A stretch of 37,394 nucleotides of DNA from a virus (taxonomy: Duplodnaviria > Caudoviricetes), in IMG/VR virus record IMGVR_UViG_3300028595_000032, positions 1 to 37,394 of that record, one strand, 5' to 3'. Under the pieces are notes generated by a model, which saw nothing but the letters and a program-made list of their open reading frames with translations, was not told where the DNA came from and made no database searches. How positions within the stretch are numbered: position 1 is the first letter of the stretch; each line of letters begins with the position of its first letter. Shown here in pieces: positions 1 through 7,995 of the stretch. Both the position numbers and the translations under genes were made by a program.

Positions 1-126
1 CAGGACCAGCAGGACCAGCAGGACCAGCAGGACCAGCAGGACCAGCAGGACCAGCAGGACCAGCAGGACCAGCAGGACCAGCAGGACCAGCAGGACCAGC
101 AGGACCAGCAGGACCAGCAGGACCAG
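1..126. repeat. Terminal tandem repeat (CAGGACCAG)x14, truncated by window start
   Basis: 14 perfect 9-bp copies read directly from the sequence. Confidence 0.99.
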
Positions 127-200
127 CTATCCTGCTAGGCTTGCTCCTAGACCCGCTATGTTGCTAGGTTTGCCCCCCAGCCCCCTCTATTACTAGGCCC
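127..200. repeat. Degenerate ~30-bp subterminal repeats (CTAT..GCTAGG.TTGC.CC)
   Basis: ctatcctgctaggcttgctcc / ctatgttgctaggtttgcccc / ctattactaggccc. Confidence 0.55.
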
Positions 201-336
201 TTGGAAATCATACCGTCTATCCCTACAGTATCAAAGCACTTAACGAAAAACGTCCTCTAATCGTTATGAATCATGCGCTTAAAAACCGCTCACCCGCAAA
301 CGTCCTGATACCAATAGATACAGAGGGCGATCCCCG

Positions 337-349
337 CAAACCCTTGATT
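337..349 (-). promoter_or_regulatory. IHF-consensus site in the left attP arm
   Basis: CAAACCCTTGATT is the reverse complement of WATCAANNNNTTR; about 240 bp from the att core. The motif is short, so a chance match is possible. Confidence 0.45.
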
Positions 350-590
350 TTAGGTACTTTGGCCGATTTGCTATCAGGGTCGCCGGAATCTCGATATGGG
401 CCTATATTTATTTCCAAAAATTGAATGGAAAATGGAAAAAGTGTAAAAAAAGAGGTTTTTTGTATTCGTGTAAAGAGTTTACACTGTTAATTATGGTTTT
501 CTGTCATACCCCGTAGGTGTGGTTTGTAAGCCCTATGCTTTTGGCATGATATATCTATATATTTTTGGTAGGGTATATGCATGATATTAA

Positions 591-632
591 CTTCGAATCC
601 GTAGGCCGGGGGTTCAAATCCCTCCGGGCGTA
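591..632 (+). other. attP core: 3' half of tRNA-Arg(UCG), not a complete tRNA
   Basis: CT-TCG-AA anticodon loop, TCCGT 3' stem strand, GGGGG-TTCAAAT-CCCTC T-arm, CGGGCGT-A acceptor strand. No D-arm or 5' anticodon stem upstream. The integrase gene points toward it. Confidence 0.88.
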
Positions 633-744
633 TTGATATTAACTAAATTAATAGACGTAGGCAAAATTTTATTTTTTGAGTGTTTTTTTTAAGTTTGTAG
701 GTCATTCGATATAGTTGGTTTTGATTGTTGAATAGGCTTTACTC

Positions 745-775
745 ATTGGTCATTACCGACAATTATTGGTCATTA
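745..775 (+). repeat. Direct repeat ATTGGTCATTA x2, candidate integrase arm-type sites
   Basis: Copies at 745-755 and 765-775; related TAGGTCATT near 698; flanks the att core. Confidence 0.4.
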
Positions 776-960
776 TTGATTTTTTAATCTTGAAGACCGG
801 AAAAAATCAGATTAAACGATAAAAATTAATTGATCATACAATCGGCATTTTTATTTTTGTATTAAATTCAGCGCATTATATCTTTGATATGCTTATATGC
901 TAAAAGTCTGACAAATTAGAGTGTATATAGGAATATAAAATATTATGTAAGGCCTCCTAT

Positions 961-1510
961 ACATTCTTTTTTTTTCTTGAATTATTAGCATTTCGGCATA
1001 TCATGAATTTAAATACCTGATTTGTATCAAAAATTTGAATGCCGAAAAAAAATGAATCCATGATTATATTCTATGCTTCCGGGAACATTCTATGCTTCCG
1101 GGAACATTCTATGCTTCCTGGAACATCTTTTTTTTTCTTGAATTATTAGCATTTCGGCATATCATGAATTTAAATACCTGATTTGTATCAAAAATTTGAA
1201 TGCCGAAAAAAATGAATCCATGATTATATTCTATGCTTCCGGGAACATTCTATGCTTCCTGGAACATCTTTTTTTTTTTCTTGAATTATTAGCATTTCGG
1301 CATATCATGAATTTAAATACCTGATTTGTATCGAAAATTTGAATGCCGAAAAAAAATGAATCCATGATTATATTCTATGCTTCCGGGAACATTCTATGCT
1401 TCCTGGAACATCTTTTTTTTTTCTTGAATTATTAGCATTTCGGCATATCATGAATTTAAATACCTGATTTGTATCGAAAATTTGAATGCCGAAAAAAATC
1501 GAATCCCATG
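961..1510. repeat. Tandem repeat of 4 units (periods 161, 143, 143 bp; last unit partial) with nested 19-bp repeats
   Basis: CTTGAATTATTAGCATTTCGGC begins at 976, 1137, 1280 and 1423; ATTCTATGCTTCC(G/T)GGAAC occurs 3, 2 and 2 times in units 1-3. Confidence 0.97.
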
Positions 1511-1560
1511 TTTATTATCCTTTGAAATCATTCCTTGATGAATCTTTAATTCCAAAATTC

Positions 1561-2595
1561 CTATTTATCTAAAATTTCAATTTCTTTTTTATTGGTATCA
1601 GGTTCAATGTGTCCATATGTATCCACTGTTATCTGTATGCTGTGGTGTCCTAGTTGTTCCTTTACATACATTAAGTTTGTGCCTTCTTGTATTAACGTAC
1701 TTGCGTAGGCATGTCTTAGATCATGAATACGTGTTGTTTTTGGCAGGTTTGCAAGCTTTAACAATGGCTTGAATTTTCTTTTTCTGAAGTTGTCAGTGTT
1801 AAATGGGGTTTCTTGATCATTTATTGCAAAAACCCATTTGTTATTTTTAATTTTTTTTAGCTCACTTAGGATATGACTTAAATTTGTTGTCATGTCTACT
1901 TTTCGAGATTTATTATTTTTGGGCTTGCCTATTTTCTTTCTAGTTATTGAACGTGAGATCGTTATTGTTTTGTTTTCAAAATTAATATCATCCCATTGTA
2001 GCGCTATTGCCTCACCTAGTCTCATTCCTGTTCTGGCAAGTACTAGCATAAATGGGTAAAACTCAGGTTTATGTTTCTGAGTTGTTTCTAGTAGCATGTT
2101 AACTTCTGCTTTTGTTAAAAAATGTCTGTCTGGTTTTGTTTGTTTAGGGAAAAGCCTTTTTAAATTGAGCGTTGGATTTATTGTTATGACCTCATTTTCT
2201 AGTGCAATGTTAAATATATTTGATAGCACGACTTTAAGATGCTTTACAGTACTTATTGAATACATATCAAGTTTTGACTGCAAATATTCTCTTATGTCTG
2301 ATTTCTTTATTTTGTTTATAGGTATTGATCCAAACGTGGGAATGATATGTTTTTCTGTTAATGCTTTGTAATCATCTAGTGTGCTAGGTTTGCACGAATG
2401 TTTTGCAGATATTAGATATTTATTTGCAAATATTTCAAATTTTAAGTCTTGTTCATTGGTTTCTAAGGATTCATCAATTTTTCTTAAAACCTCAATACCA
2501 ATGTCATGGCTTGGAATCTCATGAAAAACGGTTTGATTATTATGACAATACTCAATATATAATTTACCCTTTTGTGTAATTATTTTTCCTGGCAT
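1561..2595 (-). CDS. int: Tyrosine recombinase / phage integrase
   Basis: Catalytic motifs RTGMRLGE, HDLRH and LGHHSIQITVDTYGH; core-binding domain; adjacent to att. Confidence 0.97.
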   Translation of the reverse strand: MPGKIITQKGKLYIEYCHNNQTVFHEIPSHDIGIEVLRKIDESLETNEQDLKFEIFANKYLISAKHSCKPSTLDDYKALTEKHIIPTFGSIPINKIKKSDIREYLQSKLDMYSISTVKHLKVVLSNIFNIALENEVITINPTLNLKRLFPKQTKPDRHFLTKAEVNMLLETTQKHKPEFYPFMLVLARTGMRLGEAIALQWDDINFENKTITISRSITRKKIGKPKNNKSRKVDMTTNLSHILSELKKIKNNKWVFAINDQETPFNTDNFRKRKFKPLLKLANLPKTTRIHDLRHAYASTLIQEGTNLMYVKEQLGHHSIQITVDTYGHIEPDTNKKEIEILDK

Positions 2596-2825
2596 TGTAA
2601 TTTCGAAATGATGTTAAATGCAATTTGATTTGAGTCATATTGATTGTTCGTTGAATTATATTCATTATTAACTGAATGTGATTTTATGAAAAAATCAATA
2701 TCATCGGTGCTTAATAATGTATTTTTTCCAATTTTATAATAATTCAATCCGTTTTTCATCCATTGATATATTTGACCTTTGCTGATGCATGCATATTCAG
2801 CGGCTTTTTTTGGCTTTAACCACAT
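2580..2825 (-). CDS. xis: Excisionase-like HTH protein
   Basis: WLKPKKAAEYACISKGQIYQW..KIGK MerR/Xis-type winged HTH; overlaps the int start. Confidence 0.85.
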   Translation of the reverse strand: MWLKPKKAAEYACISKGQIYQWMKNGLNYYKIGKNTLLSTDDIDFFIKSHSVNNEYNSTNNQYDSNQIAFNIISKLQCQEK

Positions 2826-2887
2826 GATTTCTGTTCCTGTGTTAATTTATTATTTTATGATTAAGCCTGTCTGCATATTTTATGCCA

Positions 2888-3154
2888 TTAATAATTGAGC
2901 GCTATCACTATTAGAATTATGATTGCTGCTTTTGAATATCTTTCAAACCCTCTTGCATATTTGTAATATTTGGTGTTGTAGGTTATGTCAGCGATCCAGT
3001 CATAAAAGCTATATAGCAAACCACCTCTCCTTTTTTTTCCATCAAGCCTATAACCTCCAGGTGATGCTCCTATTGCCAGAATAATAAAAGGGATGACAAA
3101 AAGAGGGTTTATAAACAAGGATATTATAGCAAAGATGTAAAATGTATTTTTCAT
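2888..3154 (-). CDS. Small membrane protein co-transcribed with the repressor (possible superinfection exclusion)
   Basis: Hydrophobic N- and C-terminal segments; ATGA-type overlap with the repressor stop. Confidence 0.65.
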   Translation of the reverse strand: MKNTFYIFAIISLFINPLFVIPFIILAIGASPGGYRLDGKKRRGGLLYSFYDWIADITYNTKYYKYARGFERYSKAAIIILIVIALNY

Positions 3155-3483
3155 GCATTACTCCATAACTCAGACATTGCTCGATCAAAAATATTTTTGT
3201 TTATCAAGCCTTTGTTTTTTTGGCCTATAAGTTCTTTCATGTATTTCATTTTCTCTTGGATTGCAATTTTATCGGTATCACCTTCGATAAGCCATAAAAA
3301 AGAAATGTCCTTTTTCTTAGCAAAATCGTTTATTCGGTTTAAATTAATATAGCCTTTCCTCCATTTCGAGATAGCAGCTCTTGTCATTCCAAATTCTTTT
3401 GCTATTTCTGATTGATTTTTAGCGTTAATAGTTGATAAAATTCTTTCGAAGATCTCATCAATTTTTAATTCTTGATATCCCAT
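3151..3483 (-). CDS. CI-like HTH repressor without a peptidase domain
   Basis: KNQSEIAKEFGMTRAAISKWRKG HTH and ISFLWLIEG. Start placed at ATG 3483 behind a GGAGGG RBS (ORF track extends to 3513). Confidence 0.88.
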   Translation of the reverse strand: MGYQELKIDEIFERILSTINAKNQSEIAKEFGMTRAAISKWRKGYINLNRINDFAKKKDISFLWLIEGDTDKIAIQEKMKYMKELIGQKNKGLINKNIFDRAMSELWSNA

Positions 3484-3537
3484 TTTAACCCTCCATTTAA
3501 ACCAATTCAGCAAGTTTTATTTTTTGAGTAATTTATT

Positions 3538-3628
3538 ATGTATAACATTATACATGCTAAGTAAACTAAAAAAACATAGATGTGTATAATATTATCCATG
3601 TCAAAAGCCGTAATGATAAGATATTACG
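3538..3628. promoter_or_regulatory. Candidate operators in the immunity region
   Basis: Perfect IR ATGTATAA-CA-TTATACAT (3538-3555); 15/18 copy GTGTATAATATTATCCAT (3582-3599); CGTAAT-N8-ATTACG (3609-3628). Confidence 0.55.
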
Positions 3629-3670
3629 CATTATAGATGCCAACGTGATATTTATTTTGGAAGATTCATG

Positions 3671-3699
3671 TTGACATTCTGTCTGAAAGATTATAGACT
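3671..3699 (+). promoter_or_regulatory. Sigma70-like rightward (lytic) promoter
   Basis: TTGACA-17 bp-TAGACT between the divergent repressor and Cro-like genes. Confidence 0.6.
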
Positions 3700-4030
3700 T
3701 CATCTCAAATCAGGATGTAATTTATTATTGGTTAAACTGATAAGCAGGGTAAATTAATTATGGAATTCTAAAACTCCAATGATACTTAGTGTTGACCTGG
3801 GGTAAAGTCTTATATGTCATAAATGATATTTCTGACAGAATATCTTTAAAATTACATATGGCTTATTCATTTTTATTCATACCCTATTTGTCAAAGAAAT
3901 GACATTTGATTTTATCAATGAAAACGCTAGATGTCTGAATGACACTAGATGTTTGAACAGATAAATTATGGTTGATATTTGATATTTGATCTTGACTTGA
4001 ATCAATATTAAATATCAGCCAAAATGTCAT

Positions 4031-4297
4031 ATGGAATATATTATGATGATACGCAAAAAAACGATACGCAAAAAAACGATACGCAAAAAAGTAAAACCTC
4101 TTAGTAAGAATAGAGTTGATAGAGTGAATGCCAAAATAGCGGTCAATGGGATTACAAGAAAATCAATCGCTATTGGGATTGCCCGTTCGTACAATACCGT
4201 TTGTTTGGTTTTAAGGCGAAAAAGGCATTCACACAATATCCTGAATCAAATTGAGGGATACGTTAGATCATATGAAAAAAAACACACAAAGGTCTGA
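4031..4297 (+). CDS. Cro-like small HTH protein
   Basis: GITRKSIAIGIARSYNTVCLVLRR HTH-like, divergent from the repressor. N-terminal IRKKT repeat (15-bp unit x3); true start uncertain. Confidence 0.65.
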   Translation: MEYIMMIRKKTIRKKTIRKKVKPLSKNRVDRVNAKIAVNGITRKSIAIGIARSYNTVCLVLRRKRHSHNILNQIEGYVRSYEKKHTKV

Positions 4298-4360
4298 ATG
4301 GCCGAAAGGCATAACGGACTATAAAGGATTGGCTATCTATATAGCTAGGAAGGACAAATT

Positions 4361-5878
4361 GTGAGATTAAAAGAAAGAATGGAACTTGATAAAAAGAAAA
4401 TACAATTTGTCATAGATTGTTTTTTTCAAAAGTCAAGGGGTGATGGCATATTATACAATTATCTTCATGATGGAAGATTGTTTTATGAAACAGATCTTGA
4501 CCAATGGCACTATTGGAACGATTTCTATTGGGATACTGATTCATTTAATTTTAGATTGGCTGAGGTCGAAGCATGTTGTCAATTGTATGAAAAAGCAGCG
4601 GATGAAATATTAAAGTACCAAAAAGAAGAAACTGGTTTTGAAAAATTTAATCACAAATTGTTGCTTGACCGGGCAGCGTATCTAAGGACAACTAAGGGGC
4701 GGAATGCGTGTGTCAATTTTGCCATTAGTAATATAAGGATAAGCGAAAAAGATAAAATTCGAATCATGAAAAGGATGAAGGATATTAACAAAAATCCTTA
4801 TATCGTCCCTTGTAGAAATGCAGTGATAGACCTACGAACAAATGAACCAGTGTTACCAGATCCAAACGAGTTTATGACAAATTACATTGACGTTTACTAC
4901 GATTCGCATGCAACATGTGAAAATTTCGAAAAAAACTTGATGCTCGTTTATGATAACGATACTGATTTGATCAAATTCATACAAAAATTGTTTGGTTTAG
5001 CACTATGTGGGAAAGTTTCCGAGCATATTTTTGTTATATTTTCAGGTAATGGCCGGAATGGAAAAGGGGTAATGTTGGAAGATATTATGCTTTCAATGTT
5101 CGGAACTTTTGGAATAGCAATAAGTGAAAACCTGTTAGTCGAAAGTTCGTATGTTCAGAGTGCGAACTCTCCGTCTCCTGCAATGTTATCATTTTTGGGT
5201 AAAAGATATGCTTTAGCTTCCGAATCTACTAGCAAGCGGAATTTTCATTCGGAACTTGTAAAGAGGTTAACAGGTGGTGATTCAATCACTGCCAGGGCTG
5301 CTTATGAGAAGTATAATATATCATTTAAGCCAACTCATACACTTTTTTTTATGACCAATACTATTCCCTACGTCGATCCTTTGGATAATGCTTTTTGGAA
5401 AAGAGTAATTATCGTCCCTCATGACATACAATTTGTGGATAAACCCACTGAAGAGCTTAAAAGTAATGAGCGAAAGAAAGTCTTAAATATATCAGATATT
5501 TTATTGAGAGAAAAATCAGGCATCTTTAATTGGATGTTGGAAGGATACCAATTATATAAAACTGAAGGTCTTGTTTATCCAGATGCAGTAAAAGAGGCTA
5601 TCGCTGTCTATCGAGATGATGTAGACACGACTGGAATTAGACAATATATAAAAGAGTATTATACTTTTGATGAAGACTCAAAAGTCCTTTTTTCTGATGT
5701 TTATGACAGATATCGTTCATGGTACGAAGAAAACGTAAGCCATAAAGATAGAAATATTCCTTCTAAACGGACTTTTGGATCGAGGGTTAGAGCGTTTAGT
5801 AAAATGTTAAAAGTGGAAAAATTTTGTGGGGACACTTATATCTATGGATTAAAACTTTCTCGTAATTCTGATTATTAG
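4361..5878 (+). CDS. P4/D5-family SF3 helicase (D5_N + ATPase + C-terminal winged helix), lacking a primase domain
   Basis: Walker A GNGRNGKG, ALASES Walker B region, VKRLTGGDSITAR, FMTN, AFWKR. Confidence 0.93.
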   Translation: MRLKERMELDKKKIQFVIDCFFQKSRGDGILYNYLHDGRLFYETDLDQWHYWNDFYWDTDSFNFRLAEVEACCQLYEKAADEILKYQKEETGFEKFNHKLLLDRAAYLRTTKGRNACVNFAISNIRISEKDKIRIMKRMKDINKNPYIVPCRNAVIDLRTNEPVLPDPNEFMTNYIDVYYDSHATCENFEKNLMLVYDNDTDLIKFIQKLFGLALCGKVSEHIFVIFSGNGRNGKGVMLEDIMLSMFGTFGIAISENLLVESSYVQSANSPSPAMLSFLGKRYALASESTSKRNFHSELVKRLTGGDSITARAAYEKYNISFKPTHTLFFMTNTIPYVDPLDNAFWKRVIIVPHDIQFVDKPTEELKSNERKKVLNISDILLREKSGIFNWMLEGYQLYKTEGLVYPDAVKEAIAVYRDDVDTTGIRQYIKEYYTFDEDSKVLFSDVYDRYRSWYEENVSHKDRNIPSKRTFGSRVRAFSKMLKVEKFCGDTYIYGLKLSRNSDY

Positions 5879-6026
5879 GGGTAAATATTGAAGAACTTCA
5901 AAAAAGTCATGAAAAAATTTTACTTAAGATTGATTCAATTCTATTCAAAAAAAAAGGACTTGGCTAAATTGCGTAGGTCAGACTTAAATGTAAAGAAGTA
6001 TAACCTATAGAAAGGAAATTTGGAGA

Positions 6027-6431
6027 ATGGATATCCCATTAAAAAGAATAGTTAAAAGAATTCGTGATATTGTAGGGGCAATAACTAAAGGTGACAGCGG
6101 GAAATCACTTTTAAAAGAATGTACAATGAACGTACCACCAAAAATTGATTATGATGCAGATTATATATTAACCGAAGCGGCAACAATAATTAATTTGCTT
6201 GGATTTTTGGAGGTAAACAAAATTGATTTAAGAGTCATAAATGAACCTTGTCAAGATGATTGCGATATTAATTGGATTGCTGTCGAACACTATATGGATA
6301 GTTCACGAGAAATTGCAAGGGCTTCAACTCCGCTTGCAGCATTAAAAGAAGCAAGAAAACGTATCAATGAGATTAACTGGACTGGTAGTGATACTATCAC
6401 TGCCAGGGCTGTTTATGAGGAGGAAAAATGA
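6027..6431 (+). CDS. Hypothetical protein; C-terminus copies a helicase motif
   Basis: 134-aa ORF with GGA-rich RBS, overlapping the next gene. Confidence 0.7.
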   Translation: MDIPLKRIVKRIRDIVGAITKGDSGKSLLKECTMNVPPKIDYDADYILTEAATIINLLGFLEVNKIDLRVINEPCQDDCDINWIAVEHYMDSSREIARASTPLAALKEARKRINEINWTGSDTITARAVYEEEK

Positions 6432-6805
6432 AAGAATGTGTGATTTGTAATGAAAAACGTTATGTTTCTTTCTTTAGCTATAGATGTCCTGAGCATGATG
6501 TTTGTGATGTGTGCAAGAAAAAAAGAAAAGATATTATTGGCGTTCCCTGGGTGACAAAGACAGGGTTTATTTGTGATGAATGCAAAAAGAGGTCGAAAAA
6601 AGCAATATTGGATTTCCAAAAAAAACCTTCTCATAAAACATATTTTTTCTTTCATGATAAGATAAAATGTCCGTATTGCGGTTATGAATATGCAACTGAT
6701 TTTTATGAATCTACAAATGAAGAAGAGTGTCCGAACTGTAATAGCTTAATTGAGGTAGAAGTTACTGTGACCTATTCGACCAATTTGATAGGTGTAAGTG
6801 GCTAA
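6428..6805 (+). CDS. Cys-rich zinc-finger/zinc-ribbon protein
   Basis: Five CxxC pairs (CVIC, CDVC, CDEC, CPYC, CPNC); GAGGAGG RBS. Confidence 0.8.
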   Translation: MKECVICNEKRYVSFFSYRCPEHDVCDVCKKKRKDIIGVPWVTKTGFICDECKKRSKKAILDFQKKPSHKTYFFFHDKIKCPYCGYEYATDFYESTNEEECPNCNSLIEVEVTVTYSTNLIGVSG

Positions 6806-6835
6806 ATTTATCTAATATGCAGTTCTGCAAAGTCC

Positions 6836-7114
6836 GTGGAGGAAAGAATGAATATAGACGAAAAAGGCTTTGTATTTATTGATTCAAGTAACAGGCCTTT
6901 TCTTTGTGCAATGTGGTGGGATACTGAACCTTGGCTTTTTCGATGGAATGAATATCATGGATGGGTGTCTCTAAGAAAATTGTCACAACAAGAGATATGG
7001 TGTTTTTATGAATTAAAAATACCTGATGATCAAGGAAATATGTATCATAAACGTAATGAAGAGCTATCAACAAAAAGGATTAAAAAATTGAAAGGAAATA
7101 AAAATGGAAAATGA
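6836..7114 (+). CDS. Hypothetical Trp-rich protein
   Basis: ORF in a tightly packed operon; likely start ATG 6848 after GGAGG. Confidence 0.7.
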   Translation: MEERMNIDEKGFVFIDSSNRPFLCAMWWDTEPWLFRWNEYHGWVSLRKLSQQEIWCFYELKIPDDQGNMYHKRNEELSTKRIKKLKGNKNGK

Positions 7115-7313
7115 AGCTCGTGTGGTTGGCACTATCGAAATTGATTTTGATGCCAATAATTTCTCTGAGGATAAATTAAAAGTGTTTGAAAAAGCGATTG
7201 ATGTTTGGACAGGCGATCTTGATATAGCGCTGTATGATATGGCCGAGAAATGCGGTTTTGAGATTACAAGCTTGCATCCATTGAGGTTAGATTCGTTAGA
7301 AAGGAGTGGGTAA
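7104..7313 (+). CDS. Hypothetical acidic protein
   Basis: AAGGA RBS; overlaps both neighbours. Confidence 0.65.
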   Translation: MENEARVVGTIEIDFDANNFSEDKLKVFEKAIDVWTGDLDIALYDMAEKCGFEITSLHPLRLDSLERSG

Positions 7314-7653
7314 AATGAACATGTCATTTATGTTAACCAAAGACCAAATAAAACAAAAAACAAAAACAGTTACACGCCGACTTGGTTGGAAGAAATTGAA
7401 AACAGGAACGATCATAAACGCTTGTGAGAAATGCCAAGGGCTAAAAAAGGGTGAAAAAGTAAATGTTATTTGTAGAATAAGAATAACCGATGTCCGACAA
7501 GAGCAATTAAATAAAATAACTAATGATGATTGTACACGTGAAGGCTTTCCACATATGACTCCATCTGAGTTTATACAAATGTTTAAAACACATATGAAAT
7601 GTGAAGATACGGAAATCGTTTCAAGGATTGAATTTGAATATATAACCGATTAA
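7306..7653 (+). CDS. ASCH-domain protein
   Basis: MSF..KTKTVTRRLGW..G..IRITDVRQE.L..IT.DD..REGF..F...VSRIEF pattern. Confidence 0.85.
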   Translation: MGKMNMSFMLTKDQIKQKTKTVTRRLGWKKLKTGTIINACEKCQGLKKGEKVNVICRIRITDVRQEQLNKITNDDCTREGFPHMTPSEFIQMFKTHMKCEDTEIVSRIEFEYITD

Positions 7654-7688
7654 CCATTATTTTAAAGGTTTTTAAGGAAGTAATAAAT

Positions 7689-7985
7689 ATGAAAAGCATT
7701 GCGTATTTCGTTGAAGAAAAAGGCTATTCAATAAGTGCCATAAAAAGGTTGGTCCGAAAAGGAACAAGTGTTCACCATTATTTAAAAGATGGTGAAGCTA
7801 TGTATTTTTTGTTTGTTCTCATTGACAATGACAATGACATTAAACGTTTTGATATACGAGATATAGAATCAATATCTGACCATAATCATTGGCTTTATAT
7901 CTCGAATATGGAGCGTTTAGATATCGTTAAAGATATATTACAAAAGCCATATAATAGCGTTGATCTTTGCGACGTTCCTTTTTGA
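7689..7985 (+). CDS. Hypothetical protein
   Basis: 98-aa ORF with AAGGA RBS. Confidence 0.65.
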   Translation: MKSIAYFVEEKGYSISAIKRLVRKGTSVHHYLKDGEAMYFLFVLIDNDNDIKRFDIRDIESISDHNHWLYISNMERLDIVKDILQKPYNSVDLCDVPF

Positions 7986-7995
7986 AGGGGGCAAG

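Noticed and set aside
1-163. Collagen-like (Gly-Pro-Ala)n gene from the left repeat
   Set aside because: All minus-strand frames are closed by position 164 with no start codon. Plus-strand frames would begin outside the window and show nothing recognisable after the repeat, so no gene can be supported.
556-635. Complete tRNA-Arg gene
   Set aside because: No 5' acceptor strand or D-arm, and ATTAA cannot pair with TCCGT; only the 3' half is present.
961-1510. Mini-CRISPR array
   Set aside because: Sequences between the 19-bp repeats are themselves near-identical copies.
5270-6422. DGR template/variable repeat pair
   Set aside because: Only 42 bp, differences are not adenine-specific, and no reverse transcriptase is present in the window.
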